A DNA stretch of 64,000 bases from an uncultured Methanolobus sp. (GTDB lineage Archaea; Halobacteriota; Methanosarcinia; Methanosarcinales; Methanosarcinaceae), in NCBI GenBank assembly GCA_963675495.1, contig OY776215.1, positions 2,208,001 through 2,272,000 on the forward strand. The letters run 5' to 3'. The position numbers were made by a program, and so were the translations under genes. Below the pieces are notes generated by a model. That model searched no databases. It was not told where the DNA came from and saw only the letters and a list, made by a program, of their open reading frames with translations. Positions 50,699 through 59,933 of this stretch are shown here, piece after piece. The stretch's first letter is position 1; the number at the start of each line of letters is the position of its first letter.

Positions 50699-52357
50699 AT
50701 GGATCCGGAATTTCAAAAAGCCATAGAAAGAAATCCTCACCTTGGGGAATACGTAAAGAAATTCATGCAGGAAACCGGAGCTGATGAACCTACCTTCATG
50801 GTTAGTCTTTCAAAAGACCTCGACAGTGAAAATGTAAATGTCATCCTACCTGTGGGGGATCCGGTATTCATCCATCTTTATGGAACTTCAGAGCTTGGAG
50901 AAGTTAGATATTATGGAATTGAACCGTTACTCAACAACACTGAAAAAAAGAAATATCAGACCGTTTTGAATATAATTCTTGAAAGATCAGCATCAGAACC
51001 TGTTCCTGAATCGGAGGCTGAGCTTAGGGACCTCATTACAAAATTGTTCAATTCATCAATAGAGATTGGTTCAGGTGGCAACATCGAAGAAAAAGAAAGC
51101 AGCAAGTTCAATATACTCCAAAAGCTGATGCCTGTACAGCAAAAGGTCCAGATGACCCAGAGTGAGTACAACAAGATTCTCTACCATATAGAAAGGGATA
51201 TTATTGGTTCTGGTCCGATAGAGCCTATCATCCGGGACCCTTATCTTGAGGATATCAGTAGTATCGGGGTAGATAATATCTTTATTGTCCACAAAATATT
51301 CGATACGATCAAAACCGATCTCACTTTTGGGGATGAACAGGGTCTTGATGACTGGCTTCGTGGGATGAGCGAACGAATAGGTCGTCCTGTTAGTGATGCC
51401 AGACCAATTGCTGATGGAGCACTTCCGGATGGTTCACGTATTAACATTATTTATCCAATAGATGTCAGCAAGCGTGGTAGCAGTTTTACCATGCGTAAGT
51501 TCAGTGATGTACCTGTGAGCATCATCCAGCTCATTAACTGGGGCGCTCTGGATTCGGAAATGGCAGCTTATATGTGGATGTGCCTTGAGAATGGTATGAG
51601 TATATTCTTTAGTGGTGAAACTGCTAGTGGAAAGACAACAATGCTTAATGCGTGTCTTGCCTTTGTCAACCCGAGGGCAAAAATATTCTCTGCGGAGGAC
51701 ACTGCCGAAGTCCAGCCTCCTCAGCCAGTATGGCAGCAGTTGATAACTCGTGAGGAGGGTCCGCCTGAATCAAGGGTAGATACCTTCGCCCTTCTTAAGG
51801 CCGCACTTCGTTCAAGGCCGAACTATATCATTGTTGGTGAAATTCGAGGAGCTGAAGGTAACGTAGCTTTCCAGGGTATGCAGACAGGGCACCCGGTACT
51901 TGCAACATTCCACGCATCAGCAGTTTCAAAGATGATCCAGCGTCTCACAGCTGACCCTATCAATGTTCCTGTTACGTTCATTGATAATCTCAATATTGCA
52001 ATGATATTGTCTGCAGTATACCGAAAGGGAAAGTTCCTCAGGCGTGCACTTGCGGTCGAAGAGATCGAAGGTTATTATGAAGAGATCGGTGGTGTTGCTA
52101 CAAGGGCTGTTTTCCAGTGGGAGCCGGACACAGACAAACATAAGTTCCGTGGTCTGAACAACAGTTACATCCTCGAAGATAAGATCGCTACAAAACTTGG
52201 TTATGAGGACAAGAGGGCTATATATCAGGATCTTTTCCTCAGGGCGAAGATACTTGAAGAAATGCGTTCAAGGGGAATTGAAGATTATTATGAGGTTCTT
52301 GAGATCATAGTCAATTTCTACAAACATGGCATAGAAGGCCTTCCGTTTGCAATTTAG
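50699..52357 (+). CDS. flaI: Archaellum motor ATPase ArlI
   Basis: GETASGKT, AEDTAE, LRSRPNYIIVGEIRG, QTGH; ends in TAG. Confidence 0.94.
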   Translation: MDPEFQKAIERNPHLGEYVKKFMQETGADEPTFMVSLSKDLDSENVNVILPVGDPVFIHLYGTSELGEVRYYGIEPLLNNTEKKKYQTVLNIILERSASEPVPESEAELRDLITKLFNSSIEIGSGGNIEEKESSKFNILQKLMPVQQKVQMTQSEYNKILYHIERDIIGSGPIEPIIRDPYLEDISSIGVDNIFIVHKIFDTIKTDLTFGDEQGLDDWLRGMSERIGRPVSDARPIADGALPDGSRINIIYPIDVSKRGSSFTMRKFSDVPVSIIQLINWGALDSEMAAYMWMCLENGMSIFFSGETASGKTTMLNACLAFVNPRAKIFSAEDTAEVQPPQPVWQQLITREEGPPESRVDTFALLKAALRSRPNYIIVGEIRGAEGNVAFQGMQTGHPVLATFHASAVSKMIQRLTADPINVPVTFIDNLNIAMILSAVYRKGKFLRRALAVEEIEGYYEEIGGVATRAVFQWEPDTDKHKFRGLNNSYILEDKIATKLGYEDKRAIYQDLFLRAKILEEMRSRGIEDYYEVLEIIVNFYKHGIEGLPFAI

Positions 52358-52366
52358 GTGTGTTTC

Positions 52367-54022
52367 ATGAGCTATGAAAAGGCATTCAAGAATATCGGCA
52401 TGGAACCCAAGGCATATGCCAAAAAGTTTGCCTTGCCCATAATGGTATTTGGTTTTATTTTTTCAATAGTTCTACTGGTAGGCTTTCCTACACTTTTTAC
52501 TGGTCCTACTAAGTACATACCAATATTGATACCTGTGATATGTATCATCTTTGCTTTATCCTACCCTTTATCGATTCTTGCTGCTAAAGCTTCCCGTATA
52601 GATAATAATATGCACTATTACATTACCCAGATGGGTTCGATTGCCACAGCAGAAACCCCAAGGATAGATATAGTCCGCATCGTCTCGGAGAATCCTGACT
52701 ATCAGGAACTTGCAGAGGAAACAAGAAAAATATATGACCTTGTTATGGTATGGCATCTCAGCCTTGCTGAAGCCTGTCGTTTTGTTTCTAAAAGAACTCC
52801 TTCTATAATATTTGAAGACTTCCTTGATAGGTTTGCACACGCCCTTCAGTCAGGAGAAGATGTAAAGTCCTTCCTTTTCGCAGAACAGGGTGTGGTAATG
52901 AATGAGTATGAATCCATGTATATGGGTGCCCTTTATGTCGTTGAAATAATTAAGGAACTATTCGTATCCCTTGTGATGTCTTTGATATTCATGGCATCCT
53001 TTGCAGTTATCATGCCTGTTATCACAGGTATGAATGCAGAGCTATTGATGAGCATGGTCGTGCTTGTCTTCCTTGTAACCGATCTCGTTATGGTGATGTT
53101 CACTAAAAGTAAGATACCAAAGGACCCGGCATGGAGCAGTTCTTCTAATCTTACGGAAAACAAGTTGAAATTGTACCGTTCAATACCGATTTCTATAGCT
53201 GGCTGCATTATTATGTTCATTGCAGTATCACTTTATGGAAAGATTGAAACGTCTATTGCAGTAGCTATGGTCATAACTCCACTTGCTTACACTGGTCATG
53301 TTTCAAAAAAGATCGAGCGGAGTATCAGAAGGAAAGATGAGAACTTCCCTGCATTTATCCGTTCTCTTGGAAGTTCTGCCGGTGCAAGGGGTGGTGTTAT
53401 TGATGATGCGCTCAAAGCTCTGAGGGCACATGATTTTGGTCCTCTTACAAAAGATGTGAACAATCTCTATAAGATGCTTGTGACCAGAATTGACAAATTT
53501 GGTTCATGGGATTATTTTGGAGCCAACACTGGCAGCAATCTCATACAGCGTTTTTCTGTAATGTTTGTGGAGGCCACCAATCTGGGTGGTCAGCCAGAGG
53601 TCATAGGGGATATAATAGCAACTAACTTCCACAAGATTGTAACACTCAGGAAAAAAAGATCTCAATCTGCCGGAAGTCTTGTTGGGGTCCTGTATGGTCT
53701 GACAGGTGGTATAGGTTTCACAATGTATATTTCACTTGGTGTGGTCGGACTTATGCAGGATATGTTCTCAGCTGTAGAAATGCCTCCTGGAATGTCCATG
53801 GGAATGGTATTGTATACAAACGTGGGCAGTATTGAGACACTGTCAAACATGGTCATGTTGATAATGGTTGGTCATTCCCTGATGTCTGCTATTCTGATCA
53901 GGATAGTGGATGGAGGACATATGCTAAGCGCTACCACAGATTTTGTGATAATGGTCTGGATATCCGGTGCAAGTGCAGTCGTCACTATGGCAGGTGTGTC
54001 CTCGCTGCTGAATCTAAGTTAA
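52367..54022 (+). CDS. flaJ: Archaellum membrane platform protein ArlJ
   Basis: DFLDRFA, DENFPAFIRSLG, HDFGPL, multiple TM helices. Confidence 0.93.
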   Translation: MSYEKAFKNIGMEPKAYAKKFALPIMVFGFIFSIVLLVGFPTLFTGPTKYIPILIPVICIIFALSYPLSILAAKASRIDNNMHYYITQMGSIATAETPRIDIVRIVSENPDYQELAEETRKIYDLVMVWHLSLAEACRFVSKRTPSIIFEDFLDRFAHALQSGEDVKSFLFAEQGVVMNEYESMYMGALYVVEIIKELFVSLVMSLIFMASFAVIMPVITGMNAELLMSMVVLVFLVTDLVMVMFTKSKIPKDPAWSSSSNLTENKLKLYRSIPISIAGCIIMFIAVSLYGKIETSIAVAMVITPLAYTGHVSKKIERSIRRKDENFPAFIRSLGSSAGARGGVIDDALKALRAHDFGPLTKDVNNLYKMLVTRIDKFGSWDYFGANTGSNLIQRFSVMFVEATNLGGQPEVIGDIIATNFHKIVTLRKKRSQSAGSLVGVLYGLTGGIGFTMYISLGVVGLMQDMFSAVEMPPGMSMGMVLYTNVGSIETLSNMVMLIMVGHSLMSAILIRIVDGGHMLSATTDFVIMVWISGASAVVTMAGVSSLLNLS

Positions 54023-54056
54023 AAAAAAGCTTTAAAATAGAAATGAATAAAAAGCC

Positions 54057-54732
54057 GGCTCTGTAGAAATCCTACTTAGCAGATGATTCCTGCATAATAA
54101 TTTAAAGAAGATGTTTCATCTGACTATTACTTATTATCCATCAAACCAAACGTATAAATCTCTCAAACACAAAGTCAATATGGGTATTGATTACTTGGCA
54201 ACGTTTGTTTAATTAGTAGTTGAGGAATGGGTAAATGAAACAGAGACTATTACCACCAAACTATTTCTTTTTGTTATTGCTCTTGTCCATAGCATCACAT
54301 TTTTTGTTTTCTTCCTGGACTTTCATTCGTCCACCATATTTATACCTAGGTATCATTCCTGTGATTTTTGGTATTGTGCTGAACCTGTGGACCGATATTA
54401 CATTCAAAAACAATAACACAACTGTCAAACCACTTGAAAAACCGTCTTCATTCATAGTATCCGGTCCTTTTCGAATCAGTCGCCATCCCATGTATCTTGG
54501 AATGGCTTCCATATTGCTTGGAGTATCACTGTTGCTAGGGTCAGTAATTAGTCTCATGTCCCCGCTAATATTTGTATTCCTGATGGAAAAATTATTCATT
54601 CCTGTGGAAGAAGGAAATATGGAAGATATTTTTGGTGAACAATATCTTGACTACAAAAGAAAAGTAAGGCGATGGATATGACTTGCATTTTGATTATCGT
54701 TTTATCAATAGGCAGGTAACTTCTACAGAGCC
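54057..54732. mobile_element. Non-autonomous cargo-carrying element bounded by 12-bp terminal inverted repeats
   Basis: ggctctgtagaa (54057-54068) and ttctacagagcc (54721-54732) are exact reverse complements; flanks aaaagcc / aaaaccc match 6 of 7; no transposase inside. Confidence 0.6.
54235..54681 (+). CDS. Isoprenylcysteine carboxyl methyltransferase (ICMT/PEMT) family membrane protein
   Basis: GPFRISRHPMYLG, EE..FG..YLDYKRKVRRWI. Confidence 0.88.
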   Translation: MKQRLLPPNYFFLLLLLSIASHFLFSSWTFIRPPYLYLGIIPVIFGIVLNLWTDITFKNNNTTVKPLEKPSSFIVSGPFRISRHPMYLGMASILLGVSLLLGSVISLMSPLIFVFLMEKLFIPVEEGNMEDIFGEQYLDYKRKVRRWI

Positions 54733-54749
54733 AAAACCCATAATGGTTT

Positions 54750-55748
54750 TTATTTTATTCTTGTTCTTATGTACTTTGCAATAATTTCGCCAACATCTGA
54801 TGTGCTGTGTTTCCCACCAAGGTCCGGCGTACAAATTCCCATATTGAGTGCAGCGTCGACGGCTTCCTCAACAATGGCTGCCTCTGCAAGGTCGCCATGC
54901 CATTCAAGGAGCATTTTCAGGCTAAGGATTGCGGCAATAGGGTTTGCAATATTCTTGCCAGCGATATCAGGGGCACTTCCATGAACTGGTTCAAAGAAGG
55001 CATATTTTTCTCCGATATTGGCACTGGGCAGAAGGCCGAGTCCTCCTATCAGGGCACCTGACATATCGCTCAGGATGTCTCCAAAGAGGTTGGTTGTAAC
55101 TATGACATCATAATTCCAGGGAGATGTAATGAGATTGTAGGCGAAAGAATCCACTAGTTCATCCCGGTGCACTACTCCCGTATCTATTGCAGCCTGACGG
55201 GAAACATCAAGAAATAGCTTGTCAGACTTCATGACGTTGGATTTATGGACTATTGTCAGTTTGTTCGTCCTGCTCTTCGCAAGTTTGCATGCGTAATCAG
55301 CGATTCTCTTTGATCCTTTTCTCGTAATCACTCTTTTAGTGGAAGAGGCATCGTTTCCTATTTCCTCAATGCCTGAATATAGTCCTTCTGTGTTTTCCCT
55401 GACGATAATAAAATTAAAATCATTGCGGTCGTGAATACCTTTCACTGAGGGTAAAGGGCGAATTGGTCGGATATTTGCATACATGTCCAGTTCTTTGCGG
55501 ATTGTGAGAAGTACACTTTTATAATTAGGGTCGGGTGGTGTTGTCACAGCACCGAAGAACACACAATCACACTCTTTCAGTGTCACTATATCTTCATCAG
55601 TTATTGCAGAGCCTGTCTTCTCCCATTTTTCATAACCAAGTTCCACAGGTACTTTTTCAACATCAAGGCTTAGTGCGTCAAGTACCTTTATTGATGCTGG
55701 AATTACTTCTTTCCCAACTCCATCACCTTCGACAACTGCCAGTTTCAT
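54750..55748 (-). CDS. aksF: Homoisocitrate/isopropylmalate-family dehydrogenase, probably AksF
   Basis: GDGVGKEV, RENTEGLY, HKSN, NLFGDILSD, EPVHGSAPDIAG; cotranscribed with a YLRT small subunit. Confidence 0.72.
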   Translation of the reverse strand: MKLAVVEGDGVGKEVIPASIKVLDALSLDVEKVPVELGYEKWEKTGSAITDEDIVTLKECDCVFFGAVTTPPDPNYKSVLLTIRKELDMYANIRPIRPLPSVKGIHDRNDFNFIIVRENTEGLYSGIEEIGNDASSTKRVITRKGSKRIADYACKLAKSRTNKLTIVHKSNVMKSDKLFLDVSRQAAIDTGVVHRDELVDSFAYNLITSPWNYDVIVTTNLFGDILSDMSGALIGGLGLLPSANIGEKYAFFEPVHGSAPDIAGKNIANPIAAILSLKMLLEWHGDLAEAAIVEEAVDAALNMGICTPDLGGKHSTSDVGEIIAKYIRTRIK

Positions 55749-56617
55749 GCTAATTCCTCTTTATTGCTTCTCATATCTTCAACAAGATCCCATATTGCTT
55801 TTGCAACATCGAATTCCGATGATCCCCAGTGGACCATTGCTCCACGTATGCCATTAATGGTGACGATTCCTGATTTTTCAGAACGGCAACATCTTGTTAT
55901 GAAAGGCTTTGATGGTTTGAAAACATCGGATTTGAAAGGGCATATGTTTACAAATGAATACTCACGTTCCGGAAATCTTGATTCAAAAAGGGTTTTTGAG
56001 ATCTCACACCCAACCAGCAATGCACCATCTTCCTCAATCACGTCACAATCAAGGCATTTCCCTTTCAGGCCGGAAGACGAACATGGGAATACGGTATTTT
56101 CTCCCTCAAATCTTCGAAGGTCTGTAAGGTTCTCTGAGAACTTGATAGTAAGATCTCCGAATATCCCGCTTTTCTCTACTCTTCGTACAACACTTGAAAG
56201 CCAGGAAGGTTCGGGTGGTACTACATCCACGATTTCAATATCCAGAATTGCGGAAAGATCAGGTTTATGTACAAATGTCAGGTGCTTATCGATGCCTGTG
56301 AATATTACGGTGTTGATATTTCCCTTGCAGATGTTTGATGCAGTTTCTATGAGCAGTGTCCTGTCTTTGATATTCAGTTCTTTATCGTAGCGGATTATCT
56401 CTTCACCTGAAGCCAGTTCTTTTAGGGACTCAACATCTCTTAGCAGATTGTCTCCATGATGATTCACTTCATAAAGAGTGTAGCTTTTCTCATCATCGCA
56501 GTGTTCCACAATCATGTACTTTGTAAGGAAGTATATGCGTTTATCTTCACCATCATGTAGTTCCCTGCTATGGCCTACACGTTTGTATTCATCAGGAAAT
56601 ATCATATTCATCATCAA
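55745..56617 (-). CDS. Conserved Cys-rich hypothetical protein
   Basis: FTGIDKHLTFV, FPCSSSG, GCEIS, CP, CC, VHWG; stop overlaps aksF start. Confidence 0.75.
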   Translation of the reverse strand: MMMNMIFPDEYKRVGHSRELHDGEDKRIYFLTKYMIVEHCDDEKSYTLYEVNHHGDNLLRDVESLKELASGEEIIRYDKELNIKDRTLLIETASNICKGNINTVIFTGIDKHLTFVHKPDLSAILDIEIVDVVPPEPSWLSSVVRRVEKSGIFGDLTIKFSENLTDLRRFEGENTVFPCSSSGLKGKCLDCDVIEEDGALLVGCEISKTLFESRFPEREYSFVNICPFKSDVFKPSKPFITRCCRSEKSGIVTINGIRGAMVHWGSSEFDVAKAIWDLVEDMRSNKEELA

Positions 56618-56619
56618 TG

Positions 56620-57108
56620 TTACTGTGATTTCTTCGTTGCTTTACGCTGAGCTACAAGCCCGCCATTTGTCAGCATTTCAAGAAGGAAGTCCGGAAGTTT
56701 GTTTCCATGAAAAACTTTGCCATTTACTTTTACAGTTCCCTGAAGCAGATCAATTTCAACTTCATCTCCTTCATTGCACTGTACGTCTGCTTCCATTAGT
56801 GGGAGTCCTACATTGATGGCGTTTCTGAAGAATATCCTTCCAAAAGACCTTGCCACTACACATGCAACACCTGCATATTTAAGGGCCAATGCCGCCTGTT
56901 CTCTGGATGAGCCACAGCCAAAATTGTCATCTGCAACAATTACGTCTCCTTTTTTTACCTTTTTTGAGAACTCGGGGTCTATTCCTTCCATAGCATGATC
57001 TGCAAATACCTGCATGTCCGTTGTACGCAGGTATTTTCCGGGAATTATAACATCGGTATCGATATCACTGCCGAATGTCCATGCTTTTCCCTTGATTATA
57101 TTATCCAA
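56620..57108 (-). CDS. aksE: Homoaconitase / isopropylmalate isomerase small subunit (YLRT type)
   Basis: [33 protein letters not shown]; YLRT loop is the homoaconitase-type signature. Confidence 0.72.
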   Translation of the reverse strand: MDNIIKGKAWTFGSDIDTDVIIPGKYLRTTDMQVFADHAMEGIDPEFSKKVKKGDVIVADDNFGCGSSREQAALALKYAGVACVVARSFGRIFFRNAINVGLPLMEADVQCNEGDEVEIDLLQGTVKVNGKVFHGNKLPDFLLEMLTNGGLVAQRKATKKSQ

Positions 57109-57199
57109 TATATCACCTTAGAGCTAGCTTCTGCATAATGTTATTTGTAAGTGTCGGGAAATAAGTAAAAAAAATAAGGATGGAATGGGAAAGAAGTTC

Positions 57200-59653
57200 T
57201 CACACTTCAATCGTATTCCCATTCAGAACATCCAATTCACTCACACTTATTTGTTTAGTAATATTTCCATAACTAATCACATAAGGTCCGGTTGGCATTG
57301 TATCAAATTGTGTTTCAGCTTCTATAGGTCCTGTTGTGGAGTAGGGTACGGTGATAGAATATGTGCCATCAGATGTAGTGGACTGCGTGTAAGTGAACGT
57401 CCTCATCTGGTTTGTGAGTATGGTGTTGCTGACGACCACAGTTTCATTAACAGGTGCTGTTCCTGTGATTGTTGCACCTTCAACGTACTCGAAAATCTTT
57501 ACATATCCGGTGTTTTCTTCGGCCAATGTCCCGCCATAGAGCACATTGTAGACGTTCTTATATCCTGGCTCCTGTGTGCTTCCAATAGGTGATTCATATA
57601 CCATGCGGTATTGCTTAAGTCCACTAGCATCGAATATATGAAGTCTTGCTTCCATTGAATCGTAGTACCTTGGACCGGGTACGTTCTGGTAGCCAACGTC
57701 AGTTTGTACTGGTATGTAGTAGTTGTCAGTGTCCAGTGTCCAGGCAGTCATGGCATAGAATTTTCCTGTAGCCATTTCAACATCTGAAACAATGTAACGT
57801 GCACCTGCTTTTTCAGGGTCAGGGTGTATGGCTTCAAGTACTTTAGTCGCTTCTTCTTCAGAAGGAGCTGTGAAAAAAGTAGATGCTCCGGGTTGGTTCT
57901 CTTCATCAATGCTGTTTCTGCGGCCCCCGACTCCATGCTGAAATGGATTTGCATTTGGGATACGTCTTCCTATTACTTCTATCCAGTGTCCATAGTCCCA
58001 CCAGGACATCACACCATATGCAGTTTCAGGGTACTGGTAGCTTTCACCAACTGCAGGCTTCTCATAGCTTTCATAATAATCAAGCCCCGGATCAGGAGTG
58101 TTGTACCTGAGCCATTGGGTTGCTTCTATCCAGTAACCGTTAGGTCCTCCGGTACCCTGTGATTGTTGCATTGCAAGACTGTAGCTTGGGTATATGAGGA
58201 TAAGTATAATGAATGCTGCTGAAAGTATATGCATTACTTTTATGCTTTTGGCATTGAATGCCTTTGATTTGATGTCATCAATTAGTTTTTTCCATCCTGC
58301 CAGATCAAGTACCTTAATACCTATCCAGGCACTTAGTATAGCAGCGTTTACAGAATAATAGTATGCGAAACGGTTCTGCTGAAGCATGGCCCAGATGATC
58401 ATAAGTGTCCAAACAATCAGGAAAGTATTTTCAGGTGTGTTCTTCTGGGTGAATGCTTTGTAGATGAGTATTCCTAGTGCAATGAAAGAGATGTAACCCA
58501 TTGTACCAAAGTTGTACCAGAGAGGTTGTAGGGAGAACTGGCCACCTATGGAGAGGAGGGGGGAGGCTTCTGCTACTGTTAGGGCACCACCAGTATTAGT
58601 AAAGTAGCTGAATACGCTAATGGCTAATGAATAAAGAGATGGAGATACTGTTTTCGCTACTAAAAAAGCAAGAACGGCAATGGATAATATTGATAGTGGA
58701 TAATAATGTTTACCTTTACCACTATCTTGTAATTTTTTTGATAGGATTGTTAGTAGTGGAAAAGATATTATCCCTACAATTAATCCTTTTATATTCAACA
58801 TTTTTGTATAGTTTAAATTAAAATCAATTAGCATAATTGCCAATGCAAATAAAAAGATGGTGATGCCACCAATAGCTAAATAATCTGTTTCTCTTTCATG
58901 ATAGTGATCGACTATGTGCTGAATAACAATATATACTCCAATAATCATGCAGAAAAAAAGTCCTCCTAACCATGCAAGTAAATAAGCACCTAAGAATATT
59001 CCTGTCAATATGAAGTAGGGGAGCATTTTTTTTAGGTTTGCATAGTTTTTATTTTTTAGGTCCATAAAAGTTACTTTGTTTTTATTCGCAGTGGACAATG
59101 CTATTATTATGAACATGGATACTATTGTTGTCAGTAATGTTTCTGCTATGTGGTGATCATTGAATCCTATGGTGGATCTCGACAACAATTGACCTGGTGC
59201 TATTGCAACAAGAAAAGAGGCGAGAATTCCTACATTTTTGCTGAAAAGCCACTTACACGCATAATATATGGGAATTACCACAATTGCTCCTAAAAAAACA
59301 GGATAGTAAGCACATACTATTTTGATTAACTCATCACTTTGCTTCCCAAAACCAAGTACCCATATTATGGATGAAAGGAAAAAATCAAACAAAGGAGCAA
59401 AAACCTGATTTGTTCCAAACGGATATTCAGTAAAAGCATCAAATCGGAGTAAATGTGGATAATTATGGACTATGGATTCTACATTTCTTAAATGGTACCA
59501 CGGGTCATTTCCACCAAAACGTACGAAATCGTTCCAAAAAACTCCTTGAGAAGGTCTTAGTCGTATGTACAATGCTAAAGTAAAAGAAACAATTATTCCG
59601 ATGAGCGGTGCCCTTTTTATAAAAAAATTAACAGTTTTAGTCTCTTTTTTCAT
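57200..59653 (-). CDS. aglB: Oligosaccharyltransferase AglB (STT3)
   Basis: GNDPWYH, DHH, TVAE (TIXE), WWDYG, DVEM..K motifs; many TM helices. Confidence 0.95.
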   Translation of the reverse strand: MKKETKTVNFFIKRAPLIGIIVSFTLALYIRLRPSQGVFWNDFVRFGGNDPWYHLRNVESIVHNYPHLLRFDAFTEYPFGTNQVFAPLFDFFLSSIIWVLGFGKQSDELIKIVCAYYPVFLGAIVVIPIYYACKWLFSKNVGILASFLVAIAPGQLLSRSTIGFNDHHIAETLLTTIVSMFIIIALSTANKNKVTFMDLKNKNYANLKKMLPYFILTGIFLGAYLLAWLGGLFFCMIIGVYIVIQHIVDHYHERETDYLAIGGITIFLFALAIMLIDFNLNYTKMLNIKGLIVGIISFPLLTILSKKLQDSGKGKHYYPLSILSIAVLAFLVAKTVSPSLYSLAISVFSYFTNTGGALTVAEASPLLSIGGQFSLQPLWYNFGTMGYISFIALGILIYKAFTQKNTPENTFLIVWTLMIIWAMLQQNRFAYYYSVNAAILSAWIGIKVLDLAGWKKLIDDIKSKAFNAKSIKVMHILSAAFIILILIYPSYSLAMQQSQGTGGPNGYWIEATQWLRYNTPDPGLDYYESYEKPAVGESYQYPETAYGVMSWWDYGHWIEVIGRRIPNANPFQHGVGGRRNSIDEENQPGASTFFTAPSEEEATKVLEAIHPDPEKAGARYIVSDVEMATGKFYAMTAWTLDTDNYYIPVQTDVGYQNVPGPRYYDSMEARLHIFDASGLKQYRMVYESPIGSTQEPGYKNVYNVLYGGTLAEENTGYVKIFEYVEGATITGTAPVNETVVVSNTILTNQMRTFTYTQSTTSDGTYSITVPYSTTGPIEAETQFDTMPTGPYVISYGNITKQISVSELDVLNGNTIEV

Positions 59654-59933
59654 ATAATCCCCTTTGAAATTTCAATAAGCAATAACTATCGATGATTATT
59701 TAAAAGATGCAAAATGTTATGTGGCTTTATTATAATAGTGGAGTGAATTAATTTTGTTTACAATATCTATCGCAAAAATATATATATTCAAATGTATCAT
59801 TAACTTTATGGTAGAATAACTGTTAAAATATAAGTACCATTGCATCATTTATACATAAGATTCATATCAATCTTTATAGTAATTAGTACATATAATTGAT
59901 AAATATTTAAAAACATTATCGAGTTCGTTCACC

